The notes beneath the pieces were generated by a model. The model did no database searches. It saw only the letters and a program-made list of their open reading frames with translations, and was not told the origin of the DNA. From NCBI GenBank assembly GCA_002269645.1, contig NIVC01002134.1, forward strand, positions 34,513 through 98,512: a DNA stretch of 64,000 nt. The letters are read 5' to 3'. This document shows positions 12,301 to 24,032 of the stretch, piece after piece. The stretch comes from Macrostomum lignano (taxonomy: Eukaryota). The translations under genes were made by a program, and so were the position numbers. Positions within the stretch are counted from its first letter, which is position 1; the number at the start of each line of letters is the position of its first letter.

Positions 12301-15300
12301 CTGGCAAGGGCCGCATGACTGTCGGAAAGTGCTACAACTTGTGCAGAAAGCTCAAGTACAGATTCTTTGGAGTGCAGTACGCAAGTCAGTGCTGGTGCGG
12401 TAACCACTACGGACGGTACGGTCTTCGCGACAAGAACGAGTGCCGCATGCAGTGCAGCGGCGACAAGACCACTTACTGCGGTGCAGGCTGGAGAAACGAC
12501 ATCTTCACAACTGGTCTTTCGGCCAGGCCAAAAGGTAAGATTACTTAGTGTTGCAATGCCTATAATTTATATCGATTACTGAAACGAGCTATCATTTACG
12601 ACAGCAACTATGATTTTTGTCCACAGACTCGGCTTATCTTGGCTGCTTCATTGACAACGCAGCCCGCGACCTGCCCAAGGTGGTGAACGCTGGAGTGAAA
12701 GCCAACAGCCACTACTGCATCAAGCTGTGCAAGCGTGCTGGCTACAAGTACGCCGGTTTGCAATACGCCAGTTACTGCACCTGCGGCAATAGCTACGGCT
12801 CTCTGGGTCGAGTCAGCAACAAGCAATGTAAAATGACGTGCAAGGGCGACAGGCGAGAGAAGTGCGGCGGACCGTGGAGGAACTCCGTCTACAGCACCGG
12901 ACTCAAGACTAGAAAGGTGTCAAGTAAGTCTTCTTTTACACAAACTAACATAATGAACTTTTAGATTGTTAATTTTAAATGATCTTTGAGATAAATTTCA
13001 ATTAATATCGTTGTTTTTAACAGCTCCGGGACTGAAGTACCTCGGCTGCTTCGTCGACAAAGCCACCAGAGATCTGAGACGCGAAGCTCCAAAAGGCCAC
13101 ATGAGCGTGCCCAAGTGCTACAGGTTCTGTCGAAAGCACAAGTACAAGTTCTTCGGAGTGCAATATGGCAACCATTGCTTCTGCGGCAATCACTATGGCC
13201 GATTCGGAATCAGACCGAACACCGAGTGCAGAATGCAGTGCAGCGGCGATAAGACTACTTACTGCGGTGCAGGCTGGAGAAACAGTGTGTACGCTACCGG
13301 CTTGGAGCTGGCTTCCACAGGTAAATATTTAATAAAAAGTCTACCAACACTGAAATTTCAATTTTTACATAATATCAATAAAATATAAAACGGTTTTTAT
13401 TAAAGTGATGAGTGCTAGACATTTGAGCACGTGCTGACATCCATTGGATTCTGAATAATATTCAAAGCAACACCACCTTTCAGGAGCTGGAGTTCGCAAG
13501 CTCGGCTGCTACGTCGACACAGCTAAGCGAGACCTGCCCCACCTGTACGCTGCTGGACACAAGACTAACAAAGCCTTCTGCTGGAGGTACTGTAAAGGCA
13601 AGGGTTACAAGTACTTTGGACTGCAGTTCGGCAACCACTGTACATGCGGAAACACGTACGGTCGGTACGGTAGAGCAAAGGCGTCGTCATGCTCAGCAGT
13701 GTGCAAAGGCGACCGACGAAGAAAGTGCGGCGGCACTTGGAGAAACGAGATTTTTACAACCGGACTGAGGTCCAAGAATGCTAAAAGTGAGTTATTGTTA
13801 GCTTTCCTACGTTTTAGCATGAGCTGCTTAATGTAGGCTCAACTTTTATTTTAACGTTCTTGGGCGTCCTCTGACTGTAGCTCAGCTTTTAGAACACAGC
13901 ACTACTTTACAAAAGCCTGGGACAAAGAACATAGACAAATTAAACCCTCGCACTCCTCTTAGGTAAATTTACAGGTTCATATCGGTTTTCCATTCGATAC
14001 AGAAAAAGAACATAAGAGTGTTGAGTCTCAGTTCTCTCAATAAAAGAATATTGTTGTCAAAGTTAGTATCACTGCAGAGGCTTCATCCAACGGAATTTGC
14101 AGGTAAGCATTGGTGAAGTCGATGACGGCAAAAACGTTGCCCCGTCCAACTGGCTTAGGACGTCCTCGTTGCTTGGTGTGGTAGAGACCATGTCGTTTAA
14201 CCAATTATTTACTGTCACTTTATAATCCCCACGCAAACAAATCTTTCTATTCGGGTTTCTTACAGTCACGAATGGAGTAGACCATTTGCTCTGATCCACG
14301 GGCTTTAAGATCTTCTCCGCCACCAACCGTTCCAGTTCCAGCTTAACAGCATCACACATGCCGTAGCTGTCTGGTATTGGTCGTTGTTTAAAAAAACAAT
14401 GGTGTAGCACCATCCTTTAACGTGAGGTGCGCTCAAAATTAAGCAACTTAAAAGATGTTTAGATGAGGTTCCAGTGCGTGCATCCACTCGAGGCCATTAA
14501 AGATACTGGGAGCGTTTAGATTGTCTACCATGAATATCGGGAGGCTGCCGTCTTGCCTTGAAATTGCACGTTCACAATCGACTGTCCACATATCGGAACA
14601 ACTCTTCCTTGGTAATCGTTGAAATTTCTGTCCGGTATTAGACTTCCGGTTTTCTCTGTTAGACCATCGAACAGTTTTCTAGAAATTAGCGAGGCATCTG
14701 GATTTGCCACGGTATTGAAAACCGTGTTGAAATCGGTCCCGTTAATGCGCAACTTTCTGTAGATTCTCTGACTGTCCCCTTGAAATAAGAACACTTGATC
14801 TCCATTGTCCCCTAGCTGCTTATCGACATCGTTCCGAACTTCCCCATGCATAACATAAGTCTGATAGAAAATGACCCGCTTGTAGGCTTACATCTTTGCG
14901 AAGATGTCTTGGGGTTTAGTGCTTTACAGACGGCTTTGAGATGTCCCACTTTTCTACAATATCCACACTTGAGCAGCTTGTCTCGACATTCCCTCTTCAT
15001 GTGTACTTGCTTTCCACTGCAGAAGCAAGATATCTGTTTTCTTGCTTCTCAACGGTAGGCTCTTTCAGGCTGTTTTCATTGCCCAATTCCGGTGACGGGG
15101 TCGATTTCCCCCTGACTGGCGCATCTGTAATAGGCCTGAGTCCGCCATGTCCTCACCTCTTTACACAGATGCGCACGCTGTTGCAACAGCAGTGACCTTT
15201 TGCAGAGTTATTCCCGCGAGTTTCTCGGCCAATAGCTTGCGTAGAATATCTTATCTTTGTTCGAAAGTTCAAATATAAACTGGTCGCGAAGACGGTCCTT

Positions 15301-18300
15301 GACGTCGTTGGAATCGCACTCGTCGGCCAGTTGATTCAGTCTAGGACTGTTCGACAAGGTATCCTCGTTGGGCTCCTGCCCTGTCCTGCGAAATACGTAT
15401 CGGTAGGCGATTACAGATTTCAGTGATTTTATCTTGTCACTCAGCAAGGTCTTCATGTCATCGTAGGACTTCTTCTCAGTATCGTCTGGCACGGCTGCAT
15501 CTGCGAGAAGGTTACACATGCGCTTGCCAATAAGCGCTAGAAATGCGTCTTTCTGCTTTTCCTCCTTGAAGTCGTGAAATTTGCAGTGAATTTCGACTCT
15601 TCAAATCTACCTATTCGAATCTTCACCATCTTCTAGTGTGTCCAGTGGGGAAAGCCTCGTCGCCATTGTTAGCTTTCTTCTTACGTTGTAGCATGAGCTG
15701 CCAATGTATTCTCAATCTTTATTTTCACGCTCAGCTTATAAATCACAACACTAAATTACAAATACGCTCGTATCTAAGGCATATAGAAAAACTAAACCCT
15801 CGCAGTTGTTATTCAATACTTTATCATACATCGAACAAATTTAATGCTGCTTTGTTAAAAACTTGCAAAATGTGAAATTACACGGTGATGTACTTGTCAA
15901 ACTCTCGTAAAAAAACAAACAGATGATAGCTTTGAACTATATCGCTCTCTTTTAGCACCAGGAATGCTACATCTCGGCTGCTTCGTCGACTCTAAAGCTC
16001 GCGACCTACCCAAATTAGCTGGCAAGGGCCGCATGACTGTCGGAAAGTGCTACAACTTGTGCAGAAAGCTCAAGTACAGATTCTTTGGAGTGCAGTACGC
16101 AAGTCAGTGCTGGTGCGGTAACCACTACGGACGGTACGGTCTTCGCGACAAGAACGAGTGCCGCATGCAGTGCAGCGGCGACAAGACCACTTACTGCGGT
16201 GCAGGCTGGAGAAACGACATCTTCACAACTGGTCTTTCGGCCAGGCCAAAAGGTAAGATTACTTAGTGTTGCAATGCCTATAATTTATATCGATTACTGA
16301 AACGAGCTATCATTTACGACAGCAACTATGATTTTTGTCCACAGACTCGGCTTATCTTGGCTGCTTCATTGACAACGCAGCCCGCGACCTGCCCAAGGTG
16401 GTGAACGCTGGAGTGAAAGCCAACAGCCACTACTGCATCAAGCTGTGCAAGCGTGCTGGCTACAAGTACGCCGGTTTGCAATACGCCAGTTACTGCACCT
16501 GCGGCAATAGCTACGGCTCTCTGGGTCGAGTCAGCAACAAGCAATGTAAAATGACGTGCAAGGGCGACAGGCGAGAGAAGTGCGGCGGACCGTGGAGGAA
16601 CTCCGTCTACAGCACCGGACTCAAGACTAGAAAGGTGTCAAGTAAGTCTTCTTTTACACAAACTAACATAATGAACTTTTAGATTGTTAATTTTAAATGA
16701 TCTTTGAGATAAATTTCAATTAATATCGTTGTTTTTAACAGCTCCGGGACTGAAGTACCTCGGCTGCTTCGTCGACAAAGCCACCAGAGATCTGAGACGC
16801 GAAGCTCCAAAAGGCCACATGAGCGTGCCCAAGTGCTACAGGTTCTGTCGAAAGCACAAGTACAAGTTCTTCGGAGTGCAATATGGCAACCATTGCTTCT
16901 GCGGCAATCACTATGGCCGATTCGGAATCAGACCGAACACCGAGTGCAGAATGCAGTGCAGCGGCGATAAGACTACTTACTGCGGTGCAGGCTGGAGAAA
17001 CAGTGTGTACGCTACCGGCTTGGAGCTGGCTACCACTGGTAAATATTTTTAGACGATAAAAGTATTAATATTGACTTTTCGATTTGTATATATTACCTTC
17101 AAACATGAAAAGAGCCAGCCGTCTTTTTAAGTAGTGAGTGCCTAAAAATTGAGCACTAGCTTGCAATCAAAAATATATTTGAGAAATGCAGAAATGCTAC
17201 GTGCTGACATCCATTGGATTCTGAATAATATTCAAAGCAACACCACCTTTCAGGAGCTGGAGTTCGCAAGCTCGGCTGCTACGTCGACAAAGCTAAACGA
17301 GACTTGCCCCACCTGTACGCTGCTGGACACAAGACTAACAAAGCCTTCTGCTGGAGGTACTGTAAAGGCAAGGGTTACAAGTACTTTGGACTGCAGTTCG
17401 GCAACCACTGTACATGCGGAAACACGTACGGTCGATACGGTAAAGCAAAGGCGTCGTCATGCTCAGCAGTGTGCAAAGGCGACCGACGAAGAAAGTGCGG
17501 CGGCACTTGGAGAAACGAGATTTTCACAACCGGACTGAGGTCCAAGAAGGCTAAAAGTGAGTTATTATTTAATACTTTATCATGCATCGAAAAAAATTAT
17601 TGCTGCTTTGTTAAAAACTTGCAAAATGTGAAATTACACGGTGATGTACTTGTCAAACTCTCGTAAAAAAACAAACAGATGAAAGCTTTGAACTATATCG
17701 CTCTCTTTTAGCACCAGGAATGCTACATCTCGGCTGCTTCGTCGACTCTAAAGCTCGCGACCTACCCAAATTGGCTGGCAAGGGCCGCATGACTGTCGGA
17801 AAGTGCTACAACTTGTGCAGAAAGCTCAAGTACAGATTCTTTGGAGTGCAGTACGCAAGTCAGTGCTGGTGCGGTAACCACTACGGACGGTACGGTCTTC
17901 GCGACAAGAACGAGTGCCGCATGCAGTGCAGCGGCGACAAGACCACTTACTGCGGTGCAGGCTGGAGAAACGACATCTTCACAACTGGTCTTTCGGCCAG
18001 GCCAAAAGGTAAGATTACTTAGTGTTGCAATGCCTATAATTTATATCGATTACTGAAACGAGCTATCATTTACGACAGCAACTATGATTTTTGTCCACAG
18101 ACTCGGCTTATCTTGGCTGCTTCATTGACAACGCAGCCCGCGACCTGCCCAAGGTGGTGAACGCTGGAGTGAAAGCCAACAGCCACTACTGCATCAAGCT
18201 GTGCAAGCGTGCTGGCTACAAGTACGCCGGTTTGCAATACGCCAGTTACTGCACCTGCGGCAATAGCTACGGCTCTCTGGGTCGAGTCAGCAACAAGCAA

Positions 18301-21300
18301 TGTAAAATGACGTGCAAGGGCGACAGGCGAGAGAAGTGCGGCGGACCGTGGAGGAACTCCGTCTACAGCACCGGACTCAAGACTAGAAAGGTGTCAAGTA
18401 AGTCTTCTTTTACACAAACTAACATAATGAACTTTTAGATTGTTAATTTTAAATGATCTTTGAGATAAATTTCAATTAATATCGTTGTTTTTAACAGCTC
18501 CGGGACTGAAGTACCTCGGCTGCTTCGTCGACAAAGCCACCAGAGATCTGAGACGCGAAGCTCCAAAAGGCCACATGAGCGTGCCCAAGTGCTACAGGTT
18601 CTGTCGAAAGCACAAGTACAAGTTCTTCGGAGTGCAATATGGCAACCATTGCTTCTGCGGCAATCACTATGGCCGATTCGGAATCAGACCGAACACCGAG
18701 TGCAGAATGCAGTGCAGCGGCGATAAGACTACTTACTGCGGTGCAGGCTGGAGAAACAGTGTGTACGCTACCGGCTTGGAGCTGGCTACCACTGGTAAAT
18801 ATTTTTAGACGATAAAAGTATTAATATTGACTTTTCGATTTGTATATATTACCTTCAAACATGAAAAGAGCCAGCCGTCTTTTTAAGTAGTGAGTGCCTA
18901 AAAATTGAGCACTAGCTTGCAATCAAAAATATATTTGAGAAATGCAGAAATGCTACGTGCTGACATCCATTGGATTCTGAATAATATTCAAAGCAACACC
19001 ACCTTTCAGGAGCTGGAGTTCGCAAGCTCGGCTGCTACGTCGACAAAGCTAAACGAGACTTGCCCCACCTGTACGCTGCTGGACACAAGACTAACAAAGC
19101 CTTCTGCTGGAGGTACTGTAAAGGCAAGGGTTACAAGTACTTTGGACTGCAGTTCGGCAACCACTGTACATGCGGAAACACGTACGGTCGATACGGTAAA
19201 GCAAAGGCGTCGTCATGCTCAGCAGTGTGCAAAGGCGACCGACGAAGAAAGTGCGGCGGCACTTGGAGAAACGAGATTTTCACAACCGGACTGAGGTCCA
19301 AGAAGGCTAAAAGTGAGTTATTATTTAATACTTTATCATGCATCGAAAAAATTATTGCTGCTTTGTTAAAAACTTGCAAAATGTGAAATTACACGGTGAT
19401 GTACTTGTCAAACTCTCGTAAAAAAACAAACAGATGAAAGCTTTGAACTATATCGCTCTCTTTTAGCACCAGGAATGCTACATCTCGGCTGCTTCGTCGA
19501 CTCTAAAGCTCGCGACCTACCCAAATTGGCTGGCAAGGGCCGCATGACTGTCGGAAAGTGCTACAACTTGTGCAGAAAGCTCAAGTACAGATTCTTTGGA
19601 GTGCAGTACGCAAGTCAGTGCTGGTGCGGTAACCACTACGGACGGTACGGTCTTCGCGACAAGAACGAGTGCCGCATGCAGTGCAGCGGCGACAAGACCA
19701 CTTACTGCGGTGCAGGCTGGAGAAACGACATCTTCACAACTGGTCTTTCGGCCAGGCCAAAAGGTAAGATTACTTAGTGTTGCAATGCCTATAATTTATA
19801 TCGATTACTGAAACGAGCTATCATTTACGACAGCAACTATGATTTTTGTCCACAGACTCGGCTTATCTTGGCTGCTTCATTGACAACGCAGCCCGCGACC
19901 TGCCCAAGGTGGTGAACGCTGGAGTGAAAGCCAACAGCCACTACTGCATCAAGCTGTGCAAGCGTGCTGGCTACAAGTACGCCGGTTTGCAATACGCCAG
20001 TTACTGCACCTGCGGCAATAGCTACGGCTCTCTGGGTCGAGTCAGCAACAAGCAATGTAAAATGACGTGCAAGGGCGACAGGCGAGAGAAGTGCGGCGGA
20101 CCGTGGAGGAACTCCGTCTACAGCACCGGACTCAAGACCAGAAAAGCTTCGAGTAAGTGATTGAGTAAAAGAAAGCTCGAAAAACACTTTTTTCACGATA
20201 TATTGGTACTATATAATTTTCATTTCATTTTTTTTGACAATGTTTAGCGCCGGGAATGAAATACCTCGGCTGCTTTGTCGATAGTTCGAAACGAGATCTA
20301 AGACGCGAAGCTCCAAGAGGCCACATGAGCGTGCCCAAGTGCTACAGGCTCTGTCGAAAGCACAAGTACAAGTTTTTCGGAGTGCAATATTCCAACCATT
20401 GCTTCTGCGGCAATCACTATGGCCGATTCGGAATCAGACCGAACACCGAGTGCAGAATGCAGTGCAGCGGCGACAAGACCACTTACTGCGGAGGAGGCTG
20501 GAGAAACAATGTTTACACGACAGGCTTGGAGGTGGCTACAATTGGTAAATGTGCATTTTTATTGAGTTTTTTAAGCCTCTGGACATCGCATATAAAATGA
20601 GATTAAACACAGAAAATTATCTTCAACGCATTCATTTTTTATAGCCAAGGGTGTCAGACGTCTTGGATGTTTTGTTGACAATGCCAAGCGAGACCTGCCT
20701 TTAGTACACAATGCCGGTCATAAGGCAAGCAAGCCATACTGCTGGAAATTCTGCAAGAGCCGAGGCTACGTTTACTTTGGTCTGCAGAATGGAAATCATT
20801 GCACGTGCGGCAATAACTACGGAGCTTTCGGTCGAGCCAAGAAGAGCTCGTGTCGCAAACCCTGTCGGGGAGACAAGAGGTCGAAATGCGGTGGAGCCTA
20901 CAGAAACGAAGTGTTCACAACCGGAATTGAGCTTGAGCGGCCATCGGGTGAGATTACTACAGATCGGGTGGTTTAATACAAACGATCGTTGGTTAAAATT
21001 CAATTTTTTCGGAACCTTTCACCCACTCCAGCTCCGGGCATGAAGCACATGGGCTGCTTTGTCGATTCTCGCAAACGCGACCTGCCTAAGCTTGCTGCCA
21101 CTGGCGACATGTCTGTCCTGAAGTGCCGCTTAAAGTGCAAACGACTCGGCTATAGGTACTTTGGTGTACAATTTGCCAAGCAGTGCTGGTGCGGCAACAG
21201 CTACGGTAAGCACGGCAAGAGAAGCCAGATCGAGTGCAGGATGCAGTGCACCGGCGACAAGGCCAACTACTGCGGAAATAGCTGGAGAAACGACATCTAC

Positions 21301-23924
21301 TCTACGGGGATTGAGCTGGAAGCGTCCAGTGAGTATTCTTTCCACTGCCCATTTTTCGAAAGTTTTTCCGTGTCGTCTTTAAAGTAATTCTTTCAGCTTG
21401 CAAGTCCTGTAATACAGTAAAGCAACGTTTAGAATGCATTTTTGATAAATAAAAGATTCATGCAGGGGCATCGCCACCGGGGGGGACAAGGGGGGCATGC
21501 CCCCCAGTAAAAGATAAGGGGGGGGGGGTCATGCCAATGCTTTGTCCCCCCAACCTTGTATGGAAATCAATAATTTTGCTGCAGGGTGAGAAAGCACGGT
21601 GCCAAAATAAGTGCCTGCGGCGCCAAAATAAGTGCCTACGGCGCTAAAATGAGTGCCTGCGGCGCTAAAATGAGTGCCTGCGGCGCTAAAATGAGTGCCT
21701 GCGGCGCTAAAATTAGTGCCTGCGGCGCCAAAATTAGTGCCTACGGCGCTAAAATGAGTGCCTGCGGCGCTAAAATGAGTGCCTGCGGCGCTAAAATTAG
21801 TGCCTGCGGCGCCAAAATTAGTGCCTGCGGCGCTAAAATGAGTCTCTGCGGTACCAAAATGAGTGCCTGCGGCGCTAAAATGAGTGCCTGCGGCGCTAAA
21901 AAGGAGCGCCGGCAACACCGACTCAGAAAATAATGTACACGTAGGAATTTAGTCATGTAGGTCGTACATGTAGATGTATCAATAAAATTCTTGGCTTTGT
22001 CTCCCCCCCCACCATAAAATCCATGGCGACGCCATTGGATTCAATTATCCGTCTGTCTAATATACGTTTGTATGAATGGAAGTGAGGAGAGATACATACG
22101 ATATAACATTTATTGTACAGTGTATATACTTGTAACACACTTACGAGCAGCTCTTATAGAATTTGAAGCATAACCGGTTAGCATTGTAGGGAATTAGGGA
22201 ACTTATGGAATTTTATAGTTTGGAATAAAGATAGATAAACGAGAATAGTTAAGTAGCGTCGATAGTTTATGCATCAAATCTGGCATCCTATCCGTTCTCA
22301 GCTTGCCGGCTCGGCACCAAGGAGAAGTTCGTGCCCTACCGCACCTGCTCTTGCAAGCCGGCGCCAGACCATCGCAGCCTCGGCTCCCTGGTGTTCGTCA
22401 TTGACACTACGGGCAGCATGGGCAGAGTCATCAAGTCCGTGAAGAACAACATCCGCAAAATCATCGCTGCCAATAAGCGATTCGACGACTTCGTCGTTGC
22501 CACATTCGGCGATCCCTACAAGAAGAAGCTGATGAAGACAACCAGCGCATCGAAGATCTATCGGTTCCTCAACAAGCTGAAGGCCAGAGGAGGTGGCGAC
22601 TGTCCCGAGTTCGCGATGTCGGGCGCTCTGGACGCTGCCGAGGCTGCCGAGCCGAACTCCGTCATGATTCTGTTCACGGACGCCTCAGCCAAGGACAGGC
22701 GCAAGATGGGCGCCGTGGAGGCCAAGCTGAAGGCCAAGAGAATCCGATTCTTCACGGTAGCCAGCGGCAGGCAGTGCGGCACGAACGGAAAGAACTTCGC
22801 TAAGTTGGCCAAAGTCACCTACGGACAGTTTTCTAGGCTTCACTCCAAAGTCAGCAATAAGGTAAAATTGATTTTCTATGAGCTTGTAGAGAGACCGCAG
22901 GGTTGATTTCAGATTATGTAGTCAAATAATTACTTAATGAAACTCTCCGCCCAGGTCATGGAGCTCATCAGACGAGGTGTCCGAGGCGATTTAAGCTTCA
23001 GTGCCTTCCCCTCAAGCCGTGGCGGTCTGACCAGAGTGCTGAAAGGAAGTGAGTACTCTTTTGACTTATCAATATACCAGGTAGCAGACATTTTTAACGA
23101 CTTGAAAAATTTCTCAAGCGGTGTTTATCGAAATGGGTAATCGAAGTTTGACTCACAAGAGACAGTCACATGTACCTTACCTACTTCGGAAGCCAGCCTT
23201 TTCAAGGAGCTAAAGTCAAGATGATAAAGTATCATTGAGTAAGATTATAGATACTGAAGCGCTAAATAAAACATCAATTTTGGCTGCAAACAACTTAAAA
23301 TTTTCAGAATGCCCTTGTCGAACTGTTACTCGTCGAATTTGTGTGAAGCCGCATCCAGGTAAGATTGTTTTTTGTTTGTTTAATTTAGATAGCTTAACGA
23401 TAAAATTTAATTTTTTATACGAGATAATCATTGCTTCATGTGACTTGACGTAAATGGACATCGCTGGCAAATGGCTAGTTTTTAAAGTACACTGACAAAT
23501 ATGGAAGTCGTACGGCGGCTGAACGATTGTTTAATGCACGCTCATTTAAGTACCCATTTGCCAGCAATATAGAAGGACGTTGTTACCGCACAGCTACTAC
23601 TATAAGTAGTTGTATCAAACTTTTACATACATCGCCCATTCGATCATTAAAGGATTCCTCGGCTGTTACCTGGACGACCCGGAGTATCCGGACTTCACCG
23701 TCGCCATGGTGTCCAACCGCATGACTGTGTGGAAGTGCAATAAAATCTGCAAGGCCAAGAAGTTTTCCTACTTCGGCGTCAAGAACGGCAAAATCTGCGG
23801 CTGCGGCAATCAGTATGGAAACAGCGGCGACACCGCCAATGCCAACTGCAACGTGGCTTGCGGCGGCAACCCGGGCGAGAAGTGCGGCGGGAACTCCAAC
23901 AATAGCGTCTTCGAGGTGAAGTGA
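1..23924 (+). CDS. Giant multi-exon cationic lectin-like extracellular protein (4 F-type lectin + 33 WSC + 2 vWA domains), 5' end outside window
   Basis: Successive exons are bounded by AG/GT sites and join in one frame from position 1 to TGA at 23922-23924. Two single-base homopolymer slips (~70 and ~1779) and one GC donor (3216) must be allowed. Domain order: FTP-WSC-FTP-WSC-FTP-vWA-WSCx6-FTP-WSCx24-vWA-WSC(stop). Confidence 0.8.
505..810 (+). CDS. WSC domain exon
   Basis: GCYxD...CxxxC...YFGVQ...CWCGN...C...C...CG.SWRN.IY pattern; ttttag acceptor, gtaagt donor. Confidence 0.92.
1040..1450 (+). CDS. F-type lectin domain exon 2
   Basis: Same motifs as copy 1; tttcag acceptor, gtaag donor. 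Confidence 0.9.
1559..1863 (+). CDS. WSC domain exon (copy of 505-810, 1-nt deletion ctcggg>ctcgg near 1779)
   Basis: Near-identical to 505-810 at offset ~1054; the ORF track shows the frame switch. Confidence 0.85.
2076..2489 (+). CDS. F-type lectin domain exon 3
   Basis: Same motifs; donor gtgagt at 2490. Confidence 0.9.
2656..3727 (+). CDS. vWA cassette 1, hemicentin/VWA7-type (exons 2656-3215, 3511-3604, 3683-3727)
   Basis: LVFVIDITGSM, VATFGDP, GGGDCAEMAMSGAL, LFTDASAKD match hemicentin-type vWA motifs; first two exons have the same lengths (560, 94 nt) as in cassette 2. Confidence 0.85.
3815..6213 (+). CDS. Six diverged WSC exons (3815-4114, 4216-4515, 4757-5053, 5140-5439, 5530-5829, 5917-6213)
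   Basis: Each has the WSC Cys pattern with CWCGN/CFCGN and WRN; phase-1 AG/GT boundaries. Confidence 0.9.
6297..6707 (+). CDS. F-type lectin domain exon 4 (diverged)
   Basis: RAIDGNTNQ, CTHT, WWQ, NRQDCCAKR, PLTLCEVQVFG; tttcag / gtaagc. Confidence 0.9.
6926..21328 (+). CDS. Array of 24 WSC exons
   Basis: Exon starts 6926, 7704, 8106, 8520, 8909, 9306, 9766, 12238, 12627, 13024, 13484, 15956, 16345, 16742, 17254, 17712, 18101, 18498, 19010, 19467, 19856, 20248, 20645, 21032; each 297-303 nt, phase 1. Confidence 0.9.
10078..12086 (-). mobile_element. Internally deleted Ty3/Gypsy LTR retrotransposon, copy 1
   Basis: Diverged TG..CA direct repeats at 10078-10234 and 11949-12086. TSD gttat/gttgt. 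PBS-like TGGCGACGAG next to the 5' LTR and short purine tract next to the 3' LTR. Frameshifted gag, CCHC knuckle (CGYCRKVGHLKAVC), degenerate protease and RT N-terminus (SKWSTPFV..CLRGDYK). No RNase H or integrase seen. Confidence 0.88.
13796..15804 (-). mobile_element. Internally deleted Ty3/Gypsy LTR retrotransposon, copy 2
   Basis: Apparently identical to 10078-12086 at +3718; duplicated with the host unit. Confidence 0.88.
21463..22037. mobile_element. hAT-like non-autonomous element carrying a 21-bp minisatellite (~21597-21900)
   Basis: Imperfect TIRs caggggcatcgcca / tggcgacgccattg; flanks gattcatg / gattcaat (6/8 match, 8-bp TSD-like). Confidence 0.65.
22302..23358 (+). CDS. vWA cassette 2, hemicentin/VWA7-type (exons 22302-22861, 22955-23048, 23308-23358)
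   Basis: LVFVIDTTGSM, VATFGDP, GGGDCPEFAMSGAL, LFTDASAKD; canonical GT-AG. Confidence 0.88.
23653..23924 (+). CDS. Terminal WSC exon with stop codon
   Basis: GFLGCYLDD...CNKICK...YFGVKNGKICGCGN...CGG...SVFEVK*. Confidence 0.88.
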
Positions 23925-24026
23925 ATCGGCATTGTGAAACTTTGATTCAAATAACTCACTAATGGTGTTGGAAAGATAATTAAAATGCTCCTAAATGATT
24001 CAATGATTTTCCGGATTTCATAAGCC

Positions 24027-24032
24027 AATAAA
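24027..24032 (+). terminator. Candidate polyadenylation signal AATAAA
   Basis: First AATAAA about 100 nt after the stop at 23924. Confidence 0.5.

Larger units (their letters stand above)
8520..20152 (+). repeat. Higher-order tandem repeat of a 4-WSC-exon unit (periods 3718, 3718, 1756, 1755)
   Basis: Identical ORFs at 8528/12246/15964/17720/19475 and 8899/12617/16335/18091/19846. Confidence 0.95.

Noticed and set aside
21529-21956. Repetitive ORFs (CGAKMSA / AAGTHFS repeats)
   Set aside because: Translations of a 21-bp minisatellite inside an intronic MITE; open in several frames because the unit lacks stops
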